From a virus (Duplodnaviria; Caudoviricetes): a stretch of 64,000 bases of DNA. The notes under the pieces were generated by a model. It had not been told where the DNA came from. It saw nothing but the letters and a program-made list of their open reading frames with translations, and did not search any database. The stretch's first letter is position 1. Each line of letters begins with the position of its first letter. Both the position numbers and the translations under genes were made by a program. The stretch is from positions 1-64,000 of the IMG/VR virus record IMGVR_UViG_3300029288_000002. One strand, written 5' to 3'. Shown piece after piece: positions 1 to 9,501 of the stretch.

Positions 1-34
1 TAACAATATCGCTTATTTGTGTTTGAGTTGCCAT
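1..34 (-). CDS. 5' fragment of a gene running off the window edge (MATQTQISDIV...)
   Basis: ATG at 34 preceded by AGGAG; frame open to position 1. Confidence 0.6.
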   Translation of the reverse strand, partial: MATQTQISDIV

Positions 35-55
35 ATTTTATCTCCTATATAATTC

Positions 56-1162
56 CTAATTAGTTTCAATCCACCCTCGCAATATTACATTACATGCGCC
101 AGCATCTACATAGCTAATACACCCGATACGAATATCTGTTTTTGAGGGTAGCTTTGTCGGTATTTCAAGAGGTATAACAACAGTTGTATTTTGCATCATT
201 ACCTCCGAAAATGGATAAAACAACGAACCAGTATTGAACTTTGTTGTAGGATCAATGTTTGCTTTTGTAAATATTCTCGCATATACATTTTTAGCACTTG
301 CCGCAGATACACCAAATCCAGCAACGTAACTTGTTACATATAATGTTTTACCTGTCGGGACAGTATATGCAATATTTCTTGCTCGTGTAAACCCAGCAAG
401 AATATAACTATATACAGGAGTATCAGCAGTTGCGCGAATAGATAAATTTCCTATTGATTTTTCAGTCGATCCTGCAAATAACACCCTGAAAGAATTGATA
501 CGATAAATATTAGTGTTTACCGTTGGAACAACGGTTGTACCATTGAGGACAACCAATTCCTTCTTTTCCGCGTGACTCCCGTCTAAATAATCAAATCCTA
601 CTATTTGCGCACCAGTATGAGCGGATTTGTCAATAACAGCGTAATAGCGAGACGTACCAGTTCCACCAGACGAAAACCCGTTTGATATTGTAAGAGTATG
701 CGCAGCAACTGTTGTTACAAAGCCATATTCAGGAGTTGTTCCGTGAGGATCGAGAATAATACAGTCCCCTGCTGCCACGGCTGTTGCTGCCGTGAAGTCT
801 ACATCGGCATCCAATAGGGTGGTTGTAGAACCTCCAGCATCACTTTGAACAGTGTTACCAGTAGCATCGCCTTTAATAACAGTTCCAATATCTTGAGTAT
901 TATCGCTACTAAGAATTTCCATTCCCGCTGCAGCTATAGGATAAATATAAACAGGCTGTGTTGCCCCATAACTCCAAACGTCTGATTCTACACTATTGCA
1001 GTTTGGAGTATATCCTATTTTTGTCCAAGCAATATGATTTGCCACATCTCCTTCAGCAATAGCTTGTAAATAAGGCCACACACCCATTGCCCCGTCTTCT
1101 GACAAGTATGAATGAGGAAGACCGTCAATACCAAGCATTTGTGTAGCTTGTATCTTTGTCAT
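56..1162 (-). CDS. putative virion structural / tail-associated protein
   Basis: 368 aa, T/G/A-rich beta-type composition, directly downstream of the tail fibre gene. Confidence 0.5.
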   Translation of the reverse strand: MTKIQATQMLGIDGLPHSYLSEDGAMGVWPYLQAIAEGDVANHIAWTKIGYTPNCNSVESDVWSYGATQPVYIYPIAAAGMEILSSDNTQDIGTVIKGDATGNTVQSDAGGSTTTLLDADVDFTAATAVAAGDCIILDPHGTTPEYGFVTTVAAHTLTISNGFSSGGTGTSRYYAVIDKSAHTGAQIVGFDYLDGSHAEKKELVVLNGTTVVPTVNTNIYRINSFRVLFAGSTEKSIGNLSIRATADTPVYSYILAGFTRARNIAYTVPTGKTLYVTSYVAGFGVSAASAKNVYARIFTKANIDPTTKFNTGSLFYPFSEVMMQNTTVVIPLEIPTKLPSKTDIRIGCISYVDAGACNVILRGWIETN

Positions 1163-1165
1163 TGT

Positions 1166-4100
1166 TTATGCCCACTTTCCCGATTCATAATCGGTTATAA
1201 CTAAATCTTCACCAGGGTATAGCGCTTGAGTAGTAGAGCCTTTTATTGTTTCACTACCGTCTGCATCAATTGTAACAACCACACCTGTAGTTCCCTCATT
1301 TGCAATACGATACGTTTGCCCTGAACCGGTTGCCGCTGGTAAAAACGCTGTGCCGCTTGCTGTAAAGACTACAAACTCATCATTAACGGTTAGCGCATAA
1401 TCCGTTGTTTTTACAGCTACAGCAACTTGTCTTCCCATTGTTTTAGCAACACCAGTACTCAGAACACTAAAATACTTTGCGCCAGTTATATCGCCAATAC
1501 GAGTAACATTGTTTATATCTATACCAGCACTTGTGCCAGTTGCTTTTAGGGTTGTTAAACCAGCACTCGATACATTCGTTTCAAAGTAATTGGATGTATC
1601 ATAAAGCAAAGTGCTTTTAAATGGATCAAGATACCATATGTCTGAAAGAGACGCTCCTCCATTATTTTCAAGTTTGGCAATTAGTCTACTTGTACGAGAA
1701 GCATGAGTCGAAGTACTCCAAATAAAATCAAATGCCCCTGCTGCTTGTCTGGCAGTAGTACTACTCATTAAATATGTGGATATTCTTGCACCAAAACCTG
1801 TTGCTGGAGTCCCGCTTGACTCGTGATCAACATTGAACATTTCAGTAATGGTGTTTGTTATAGCGTCAGTTCTTGTAGCACCTAAAGTACCGTTTATCAA
1901 AACAGATCGCCCCGCAGTACTAAAGTCCCCGTATATTAAAGGCGTTGCAGTATTAGTAACGTCTATCGCTAAAATATTACTTTGGGAAGTTAACCACGCC
2001 CCGCCAACGCCTGCTCCTATAATTACAGACGTTGACCCCGTATGATTTGGGGCAACGCCATGTCCAAAATAAGAATTACTTGATCCGTGTATATTGCTTA
2101 GACCAGCCTGTGTCCCCACTCCCACGTTGAGTAACCCGTCAGTTATACCATATAGGGCTTGTCTTCCAATAGCCACATTATAAGAGCCGGTTGTTATATT
2201 ACCAAGCGAATATGCTCCTACTGCCACTATTTGTGCTGCTGTGGTAATATTTGGTGCTGAATTTTGACCAAGAAGAACATTATCAATCAGGTACATCATT
2301 CTTATATTGTTTAAATAAAATGAACCGGCTGTGGTATTATCTCTTCCCTCGCTACGAACTGTTCCCAATGCAGAATCCGCTTTATTGTCAACATATGTGG
2401 TTGTAGTATTAGCTATTGTATCAAGCAAGTATGCTGCATATGCGCCTCCTGCTATAGAAGAGCGATATAACTTAATGTTTGTTACAGAAGGATTGGTACT
2501 GGCTACAACTGAAACATTGACTTTTCCATCAGTTGTATTGTCTGTAACCGTAACAACAGTTGACTTAGTACTAACCGCAGTTTCACCAAAGGCAGTCAAG
2601 TACGTAGCCCAATAATAATGATCTCCGTTATTTACACTCCCTGCGCCAGCACCAGCTAATGCCGCTGTTAACTGAGCAGGTTTAGTAACATTTTCAAAAT
2701 TGACATGCCCATTAGCAATATTTATTCTATGAGTATTGGTAATAGTATCAAAACTTGTTCTTCTATTGGTTGTATCAAAATTAGCAATTATTGTTGTGGC
2801 ATCTGCTTTAAGAATCTGTATAGCAGTTGTACTATCAGAAGCAGGATAAAATTTATTTCCGATTATGGTTGCAATAGTTTGTGCCTGAGTCCAAGTATGA
2901 GCAGTAGTCAATATGCTGTCTATTCTGGTCAATATTGAACTCAAATCAGTCAATCCAGTCAAATAGCCTGTTAGTCCGCTCGTAGTAATTGTAGACGAGT
3001 TTTGAGTATGATAAGCAGGGGTTTGTGCCGTAGCAAGTAGTCCAATAAGCCCTGTAACATTTATGACATCACTACCGCCCAATTGATGAGTAGCTTTATG
3101 TGCTAATGGGGTTTGTTTGTCTGCTAATAAACCAGATAAACCAGTTACAGATATTTCATCATCTCCACCATCTTCGTGTCTGGTGTGATGAGTAACCGGC
3201 GTTTGAGGGTCTGCCAATAATCCTGATAGCCCCACTACACTAATTTCATCAGCCCCAGCATTTTCGTGTCTACTTGCATGAGTAACCGGCGGAAATACAT
3301 ATCCTATTTCAGCAGGACTCATGCTTTGCCATTCACTTGTTACCACATACGGAATATCTCCGTTATCAACAGGAGTAATCATACCAGTACCAGATACAAT
3401 AGAAACAATTGTTCTATCATTTACAGGATCATCATCAAAATGAAACCCTTGAAAATCAAGAATGCTTCGTTTAGCTAAAGGAGTTTCATCGCTTTCTATT
3501 ATAGGAGTTTCGTCTGCTGGTTTCCATTTTGATGTTCCATCATCCCATTTCAACACTTGTGTATCAGTAGGAAGAGTTGAATCTACATCTCTCCCTTGTA
3601 ATTTATCCGCATCTTGTTTATCGGCAAGTACTCCCGATAATCCGGCAACACTAATTTCATCGCTTTCGCCGTTTTCGTGTTGAGTATGATGAATCAGAGC
3701 GGGTACTCCTGCAGTACCAGGCGCAGATTCTTCCCAATAACCGTCCACAACTACAGGTATGTATCCGTTAGTAGTGGCTGGCGGCAAGTGATATACATAG
3801 TTTTCAGCTTGTATGTCACTTGCATGTAATTTGGCAATTGCTACTGTTACATCCCATGCCGATCTATCGCTGGCTAAGGGTTCAACAGGTGATCCAACAT
3901 TGTTTATGACTTTTACACTATATAAATTAACAGTGTAACCGCTTACACCGTCATATCCTAATTCTCCTTCTAACGTGTTAAAATAAACATTAGCGGTGCC
4001 TGAAGCAGAAACATAAAGCGCAGTATTGCTTGACGAATACAGGTTACAATCTCTAATATTAGTAATACCATCGCCAGCACTTACAGCAACAGCACCAGTA

Positions 4101-4573
4101 CAATATACATTCAAAGTACTTATATTAGTTGTGCTTGTATCGCCTGTTTCAAGAGTACCTTGTAGAATAGTTGATAGTCCCTTACCAACAATGCTTACTC
4201 CCACAGGAATAGTCCAAGACGCTTCAGCAATTGTACCACCGGGTAACCACACTGTATCTCCAGTGGTACACGCTGCTAAACAAGAAGTTAAACCTGCACC
4301 GCTCATTGGATAAAATAGAGAATGTACACCTGTTCGTTGTAATTCTATTAAGCCGCCATTGTCTAAACTAATTTCGCCATTACTGTCATCTGTAAGAGTG
4401 CCGTTATTTACATTTATTGTAACAACATTTGCTACAGAAGGATTATGATCATATTCTCTTACAGTCAAAACATTACTTATGATACTATCAGTATATAGCT
4501 CTAAATCGGCGGTTGGTGCTTCTGGAAAATATAAATAAAAATCCTTCTGATTATCCATGCTAACTACTCGCAA
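1166..4573 (-). CDS. tail fibre / receptor-binding-like protein
   Basis: 1135 aa; beta-helix-like N-terminal part, ~30-aa HxxxH repeats, 'NVAIGRQAL/NVGVGTQAG' repeats; position after tail-tip genes. True start may be 4558 (MDNQ). Confidence 0.7.
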   Translation of the reverse strand: MRVVSMDNQKDFYLYFPEAPTADLELYTDSIISNVLTVREYDHNPSVANVVTINVNNGTLTDDSNGEISLDNGGLIELQRTGVHSLFYPMSGAGLTSCLAACTTGDTVWLPGGTIAEASWTIPVGVSIVGKGLSTILQGTLETGDTSTTNISTLNVYCTGAVAVSAGDGITNIRDCNLYSSSNTALYVSASGTANVYFNTLEGELGYDGVSGYTVNLYSVKVINNVGSPVEPLASDRSAWDVTVAIAKLHASDIQAENYVYHLPPATTNGYIPVVVDGYWEESAPGTAGVPALIHHTQHENGESDEISVAGLSGVLADKQDADKLQGRDVDSTLPTDTQVLKWDDGTSKWKPADETPIIESDETPLAKRSILDFQGFHFDDDPVNDRTIVSIVSGTGMITPVDNGDIPYVVTSEWQSMSPAEIGYVFPPVTHASRHENAGADEISVVGLSGLLADPQTPVTHHTRHEDGGDDEISVTGLSGLLADKQTPLAHKATHQLGGSDVINVTGLIGLLATAQTPAYHTQNSSTITTSGLTGYLTGLTDLSSILTRIDSILTTAHTWTQAQTIATIIGNKFYPASDSTTAIQILKADATTIIANFDTTNRRTSFDTITNTHRINIANGHVNFENVTKPAQLTAALAGAGAGSVNNGDHYYWATYLTAFGETAVSTKSTVVTVTDNTTDGKVNVSVVASTNPSVTNIKLYRSSIAGGAYAAYLLDTIANTTTTYVDNKADSALGTVRSEGRDNTTAGSFYLNNIRMMYLIDNVLLGQNSAPNITTAAQIVAVGAYSLGNITTGSYNVAIGRQALYGITDGLLNVGVGTQAGLSNIHGSSNSYFGHGVAPNHTGSTSVIIGAGVGGAWLTSQSNILAIDVTNTATPLIYGDFSTAGRSVLINGTLGATRTDAITNTITEMFNVDHESSGTPATGFGARISTYLMSSTTARQAAGAFDFIWSTSTHASRTSRLIAKLENNGGASLSDIWYLDPFKSTLLYDTSNYFETNVSSAGLTTLKATGTSAGIDINNVTRIGDITGAKYFSVLSTGVAKTMGRQVAVAVKTTDYALTVNDEFVVFTASGTAFLPAATGSGQTYRIANEGTTGVVVTIDADGSETIKGSTTQALYPGEDLVITDYESGKWA

Positions 4574-4922
4574 TCTGGGGCGATATAATTATAGTACCTT
4601 GCCCCAATATATAATCTTTGCTGGTAGCAGTTTCTTGTAATACTGGCTGATAAAGGTATTTGCCAAATAACGCCTCAGTATCTGCCGTAGCCAATGTAAC
4701 AGTAACAATATTAGGTAAAGTAACAACCCCGTTTACAGCTTTTGTTAAAACCGTTGTTTGTCCATATAGTGCCATTCTAAAAACGCATGTAAAACCAGTT
4801 AAATCAGCAGGATTAAGCAGTGAAGAGTCAGTAAAATAATGAAATGTAAATTCATATTCAGTACCAGCAATAAATGAAACTTCGCCTAAATTATTCAAAG
4901 TTTCGTATGATGTATAACTCAT
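4560..4922 (-). CDS. small baseplate/tail-associated protein (BppU N-terminal-like)
   Basis: 120 aa, 'PADLTGFT...VTLATADTEALFGKYLYQ' pattern; RBS AAGGAG. Confidence 0.55.
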   Translation of the reverse strand: MSYTSYETLNNLGEVSFIAGTEYEFTFHYFTDSSLLNPADLTGFTCVFRMALYGQTTVLTKAVNGVVTLPNIVTVTLATADTEALFGKYLYQPVLQETATSKDYILGQGTIIISPQIASS

Positions 4923-4924
4923 TG

Positions 4925-5092
4925 TTACTCCTTATTGGGGGCATTCAATAATTTAGCCACCTCTTTTATGTTGTTTTTTGCTATATATAATGCCTCCAAA
5001 TTAGTATCAGTTGCATCAATTTTTAAAATATTGAGGGCTTGATAGCACTCAGTTAAACACTTGTTGACTTTTTCTAATAATTCTTTTTCCAT
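4925..5092 (-). CDS. 55-aa hypothetical protein (MEKELLEKVNKCLTECYQALN...), below ORF-track cutoff
   Basis: Translated by hand; GGAG RBS, ATG 5092, TAA 4925; fills the intergenic gap. Confidence 0.75.
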   Translation of the reverse strand: MEKELLEKVNKCLTECYQALNILKIDATDTNLEALYIAKNNIKEVAKLLNAPNKE

Positions 5093-5103
5093 TTTAAAAT
5101 CTC

Positions 5104-6552
5104 CTAAACAATGACATTGATTAATAAACCTTTTTCAAAAACCAGTGTAACACCGCCGACAGGAACACTCGCTCCCATTGCATAATCAGTAGTATTTACT
5201 TTTATAGTAGAACATTGGGAAACATCTAATCCTAATTCGTTTATATATAAAGAACTTGTGCCTTGACCTAAAGAAATGTAGTTTCCTAAGACAGGATCGT
5301 CTACTTGCAATAATATTTCCACAAGTGACGGAGTTGGAGATGAAGCAATTAATTCCAATCCGTTATCTGTAACAATTCTTGGCAATCCAGTTCCCCCCAT
5401 TTCTATAGTGATGTGAGGCCCGTGCATACTGCCGCCATAAATAAAATCACCAACCATCAAATCACCACTAAACACAGGATCGCCCACACTGGTTGTAATA
5501 TTATCGGCATATATATTCCCACTAAATGTTGCAGTTGATCCACTTATGTCTAAAGCACCCCAATGTAAGTCTCCGTTACTCTTGAGATAGTTTACTAAGT
5601 CTGTAGTATATAAACCGTCTGATGTAATAAGTAAACCGCCAATATGACCTGTGGTTAGTTCTGCAGCATTACCGCTCAACGTACCAGTAAATATAACATT
5701 TCCATTTGGATCAGCATAAAACTGATCTTCGTATGTTCCTGTAACTAATTTCTGAATACGAAAACCCTCTGTTGGGCTAATTAGAATCTTAGTATTGTTG
5801 CTATTACCATAAACCGTAAAATCAGCATTGGTCAGAGTCGCGCCGTTGCCGTCCACTGAAAACGTAGCATCCTCATTTTCTATAACCAGTTTGTTACCTG
5901 CTAAAAGATGACCACAAATTACATCTCCTATAATAAGAAGCAATGAAGAATCTCGTTTATTATTTGTAATATTGTCAATTTCATTTTTTGACATAAATTC
6001 AATTCCGTTTTTTGAAATAAACCATATTTCACAAAACCCGCCAATCTCTTCACACACCAATTGTTTATACGTGTTTTTTATTACTGTTTTAACATTTCTC
6101 GACATTTCTAATTCTTTCTCTAAAATAGCAATAGCATTTTTACTTTTTATTCCGGCAGAAAAAATACACATATTTCCTTTTGTGGGGGATTCTAATTTAA
6201 TAACATTAAAACTATTATATTCTGATATTTGATATGCCTCTATTTCGTCATTGCTCATTTTTACAACAATAATTTCTATGTTAAAATAATCTTTTGACCT
6301 TTTTATACCAATGTTTTTTAGTTCGTTTGATATTTTATAAACGTCAATATGTTCTTGATTCTCAAATAATTTAATTACATCTTCTACAATTGATAATTTT
6401 CCAGAACAAAATATAAGAGCATTTTTTATATGGAATATTTTTTTATAATTATTACCCACTCGTTCCCCAACTCCGTTTATAATTGTGGACACAGCAGTAT
6501 CAGACGCCATAATTAAAGTATCTCCGTTATTTAATATAATACAGTTGCTCAT
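5104..6552 (-). CDS. fusion: N-terminal proteasome-beta/Ntn-hydrolase-like domain (~aa 1-205) + C-terminal half of the tail-tip protein
   Basis: After Met removal: Ser1, Asp17 (LIMASD), 'KKIF', 'FCSG', 'SAG', 'EEIGG..EIWFISKNG' parallel proteasome-beta motifs. From 'IIGDVICGHLLAGNKLVIENE' onward it is a G/T-rich tail-like sequence. Confidence 0.7.
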   Translation of the reverse strand: MSNCIILNNGDTLIMASDTAVSTIINGVGERVGNNYKKIFHIKNALIFCSGKLSIVEDVIKLFENQEHIDVYKISNELKNIGIKRSKDYFNIEIIVVKMSNDEIEAYQISEYNSFNVIKLESPTKGNMCIFSAGIKSKNAIAILEKELEMSRNVKTVIKNTYKQLVCEEIGGFCEIWFISKNGIEFMSKNEIDNITNNKRDSSLLLIIGDVICGHLLAGNKLVIENEDATFSVDGNGATLTNADFTVYGNSNNTKILISPTEGFRIQKLVTGTYEDQFYADPNGNVIFTGTLSGNAAELTTGHIGGLLITSDGLYTTDLVNYLKSNGDLHWGALDISGSTATFSGNIYADNITTSVGDPVFSGDLMVGDFIYGGSMHGPHITIEMGGTGLPRIVTDNGLELIASSPTPSLVEILLQVDDPVLGNYISLGQGTSSLYINELGLDVSQCSTIKVNTTDYAMGASVPVGGVTLVFEKGLLINVIV

Positions 6553-7506
6553 TTTATGATCTCCCCTTTTTTAAATAACCTTCTTGATTCCAATCTTTCA
6601 ATATCATATAAGAATACGCAAGATCATTATTAGCCAAAGTTTCTAAATTTAAAAATAATGTTTCAGGGTTCGGAATATTTTTTCCAGATTTTATTCTTAA
6701 TATTTTATATCCTTTTGTTTTTAAAAACTCGTCTCTTTTTCTATCCCTTTGTTCTTCATGCCAATACCAAGAATCGTATTCTACATTTATTTTAACATCA
6801 TTAATTATTACAACTATATCTAATAATAGTTTAGATTCTGGAACATTTGCAAACACATTTTTGCATCCATATTTATCAATTAATATTTCGCATACTTTTT
6901 TTTGTTGTGATGATTCGCATGTCCTTGTTAAAAATAAATTTTTACGACAAATATCTAATTGAAAAGCAAAATCAACACCATATTTTTTTCTATTGGTCTT
7001 CTTTGTTTTTTCCTTTTTTGCTAATTTCGCCTCTTTACTCATTGATTGTTGAGAATTTGATATTTTCTTAGCGATGTCTGGATTTTGAGAAATAAATTCT
7101 ACTCCGTATCTTGAAAACACTGTGCTTTTAATGGTGTCTTTTACAATTTGCCGATACATAGGACTGCTTACTCCATACAATGCCATATTAACTTCTTTAT
7201 CTTTTTTACCTATACACTGTTGACAGCAATCCTTTTTTATAACAGAATCGTTCCTTTCTCTAAATAACGTTTTATATATTTTGGTAAATTCTTTATAGCA
7301 ATAATCACACTTTAATAGCACTCTATAATGACTTCCTTTTGTCAAATGTTCTATTGGAACAATAATAATATCATATAGTTTAACATTATATCCCAAACGA
7401 TTGTAATGCTTTATGTTTTTTCCCCCTATTTTTACTTCTACAAATTCTGTTAAAATCATATTATTAGTTCCTTATGATATATTTTTTTTGAAATTGCCAT
7501 GTCTTT
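5929..7506 (-). mobile_element. coding insertion splitting the tail-tip gene (endonuclease + Ntn-protease-like domain)
   Basis: Both tail halves are in the same reading frame; removing these 1578 nt gives ...GSTAYGII|GDVICGHLLAG...; insert is visibly AT-richer than its flanks. Confidence 0.65.
6554..7459 (-). CDS. free-standing putative homing endonuclease (Zn-binding N-terminus, YGV repeats, DUF559/Vsr-like nuclease C-terminus)
   Basis: CDYC/CCQQC; three YGV repeats; 'VEYDSWYWH...DRKRDEFLKTKGYKILRI'; basic, AT-rich. Confidence 0.75.
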   Translation of the reverse strand: MILTEFVEVKIGGKNIKHYNRLGYNVKLYDIIIVPIEHLTKGSHYRVLLKCDYCYKEFTKIYKTLFRERNDSVIKKDCCQQCIGKKDKEVNMALYGVSSPMYRQIVKDTIKSTVFSRYGVEFISQNPDIAKKISNSQQSMSKEAKLAKKEKTKKTNRKKYGVDFAFQLDICRKNLFLTRTCESSQQKKVCEILIDKYGCKNVFANVPESKLLLDIVVIINDVKINVEYDSWYWHEEQRDRKRDEFLKTKGYKILRIKSGKNIPNPETLFLNLETLANNDLAYSYMILKDWNQEGYLKKGRS

Positions 7507-9501
7507 AATTATTCCATACGCAGTGCTACCATCAGGAGTATCTATTTTTCCCAATGCTAATTTGGCAGTATTCCAATTATCGTCTGTAAATGCCAACACT
7601 TGTGAAGTTAGCCAGCACTGTTCGTCTTTATATATACCAGGCACACCTGGCGTAGCGAGTTCTCTCCCTCGTAACCCGTGTTGATCTATTATAATTTCTT
7701 GATTTGTGCTATTCACTAAATTGTTCACAGTAGCATTTAACGCAGAAGTAATAAAAGTGGAAACACTACCTTTATACTCTTTATCCCAATTGTACCAACT
7801 ATATTGCCCAAAATCTACACTTGTTCCTGTCTTGACTGTTTGACCAACCAAATCACTGTACACAAACTTTCCATTGTCTAAGCGCAATCGGTTAGAAAAG
7901 CTCAATGTAAAATCTTCTGGATTATCATAGTCAATTGCAATTTCAAGAACAACTGTTGTAATCGTAGCAGGAATATAATTTGTAGTTTGCGGAATACTGG
8001 CATCAATTGTAATCTCACAACCAGGAGCTAATTGATTGGTGAAGTAAAAATAGTCTTTAATGAAGGGAAAGTTGATAGTGCTTGCAGTAAACTCATATCT
8101 TGGAAGAGCTACTTTCGCCAAAACTTCTTGACCTTGATCATATAGTTCCTGTGATGTTTCTTGTATTTCCACAAGTGTCATAGTGTCTGTTTGAATAAAG
8201 TTATTGTTTTGATACGTATTCTCAAATATAAAATTGTTCAACTCTGTTAATTGAGGGTCAGTAAAGTTTGTTTCAAAATCCAAAAGAGTATTTATAGCAG
8301 TTATTTGTGCTTCAACAGCAGTAATCTGAGCTTCTTTATTAGTAATTGCAACATTGTCATTTGCTACAACAATCTCAGCAGCGTCTAATTCTGCTTTTTT
8401 AGGTGCATAAAACAATACATAATTAGAAGCAGGGTCAGTCGAATAAGTACCCCAACCCGCATTAATCATTACTTTTAGTTCATCTTGTAATGTCGCCACA
8501 GTTCCTTCATCTGTAGTTAAAGTGGATTGTAATGTAACCAACTCCCCATTGTATGTTTTATATGATGTTATCAAATTAGCATAAGCTGTTTGATTTGCCG
8601 CTATCAGGGACTCCCAGGCAGAAATAGCACTTATTAACCCAGCAGACATCCATTCTGTTGACTTATAATAATTAAAATTATAAATCTTATTACCACCAAT
8701 GGGGTTTACAGAACGAATATCCATATCACCAGCACCATAAACATACAAAACAGTCGTTATTTCATCTGATAATTCTGTGAGACTTCCGCTTTTTAAAAGA
8801 TTATCGAAAGAAATGTAAATATCTGTGCTTGTTGCTGCGGTTGCTATTGCTTTTGCACTTACTGTTTTCAATGTTGTATCAAATATAAACACACATCCGT
8901 AGGTTGTTTCAACATCGTTCATTAGGAAATCATATACAGTAGTATCGTTTACATCTGTAAACGTTCTATATTTAGTCAACAATGCTCCATCTACAGTACC
9001 AATTGTCCAATTTGGAGCGTATGCTGTTAGTATTTTTCCAAGTAATCCGTTAGCAGGGGTTAATACATCGTGTAATGGTACAGCAGCAGTAGTACCAAAC
9101 GCTAATATTTTCTTATTGCTCAATTCCATTTCTATAGATTTTGCAGTTACCAGTTTGGTATCTATCTCATATCCTTCTTTTTGCTCTTCTACTTCAGTAA
9201 CAATAAAATATCCGACTCCCACCAATTCAATTATCTTTTTGCTAACGATGTGATTATATGGATAGTTGGCAGGAAGGTATTGACTGGCTGGTACAACTTG
9301 TATTTTCGGAATAGTAAACGTTAAATCTGAAGCAGAGTTATAGCGCAATGTTAATTTTACATTATTAGAAACACTATCAAGACAAAATTGACGCGAATAA
9401 TCAGGATTACATAGATATATACCTGGCTTTTCTAATCTGTTGAATTTGTCATATATTACATACATTTTACCCACCAACCTTTCTCGCAAGTTTATATACA
9501 A
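7456..9501 (-). CDS. tail-tip / tail-associated (Tal-like) protein, N-terminal half
   Basis: Follows Dit; central coiled coil; 'QCWLTSQVLAFTDDNWNTAKLALGKI' pattern; ends with short extension KDMAISKKIYHKELII. Probable start MYVIYDKF at 9465. Confidence 0.75.
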   Translation of the reverse strand: MYINLRERLVGKMYVIYDKFNRLEKPGIYLCNPDYSRQFCLDSVSNNVKLTLRYNSASDLTFTIPKIQVVPASQYLPANYPYNHIVSKKIIELVGVGYFIVTEVEEQKEGYEIDTKLVTAKSIEMELSNKKILAFGTTAAVPLHDVLTPANGLLGKILTAYAPNWTIGTVDGALLTKYRTFTDVNDTTVYDFLMNDVETTYGCVFIFDTTLKTVSAKAIATAATSTDIYISFDNLLKSGSLTELSDEITTVLYVYGAGDMDIRSVNPIGGNKIYNFNYYKSTEWMSAGLISAISAWESLIAANQTAYANLITSYKTYNGELVTLQSTLTTDEGTVATLQDELKVMINAGWGTYSTDPASNYVLFYAPKKAELDAAEIVVANDNVAITNKEAQITAVEAQITAINTLLDFETNFTDPQLTELNNFIFENTYQNNNFIQTDTMTLVEIQETSQELYDQGQEVLAKVALPRYEFTASTINFPFIKDYFYFTNQLAPGCEITIDASIPQTTNYIPATITTVVLEIAIDYDNPEDFTLSFSNRLRLDNGKFVYSDLVGQTVKTGTSVDFGQYSWYNWDKEYKGSVSTFITSALNATVNNLVNSTNQEIIIDQHGLRGRELATPGVPGIYKDEQCWLTSQVLAFTDDNWNTAKLALGKIDTPDGSTAYGIIKDMAISKKIYHKELII

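Noticed and set aside
1166-4573. Diversity-generating retroelement acting on the tail fibre
   Set aside because: No reverse transcriptase in the window, and no template/variable repeat pair differing at adenines was seen; the repeats are ordinary coding repeats.
5929-7506. Group I/II intron or split intein as the explanation for the tail-tip split
   Set aside because: The insert is coding end to end, with no P1/P3/P7 elements like those in the TMP introns and no group II ends. The N-half lacks a Cys/Ser-initiated intein segment, and there is no (His)Asn-Cys/Ser/Thr at the C-junction.
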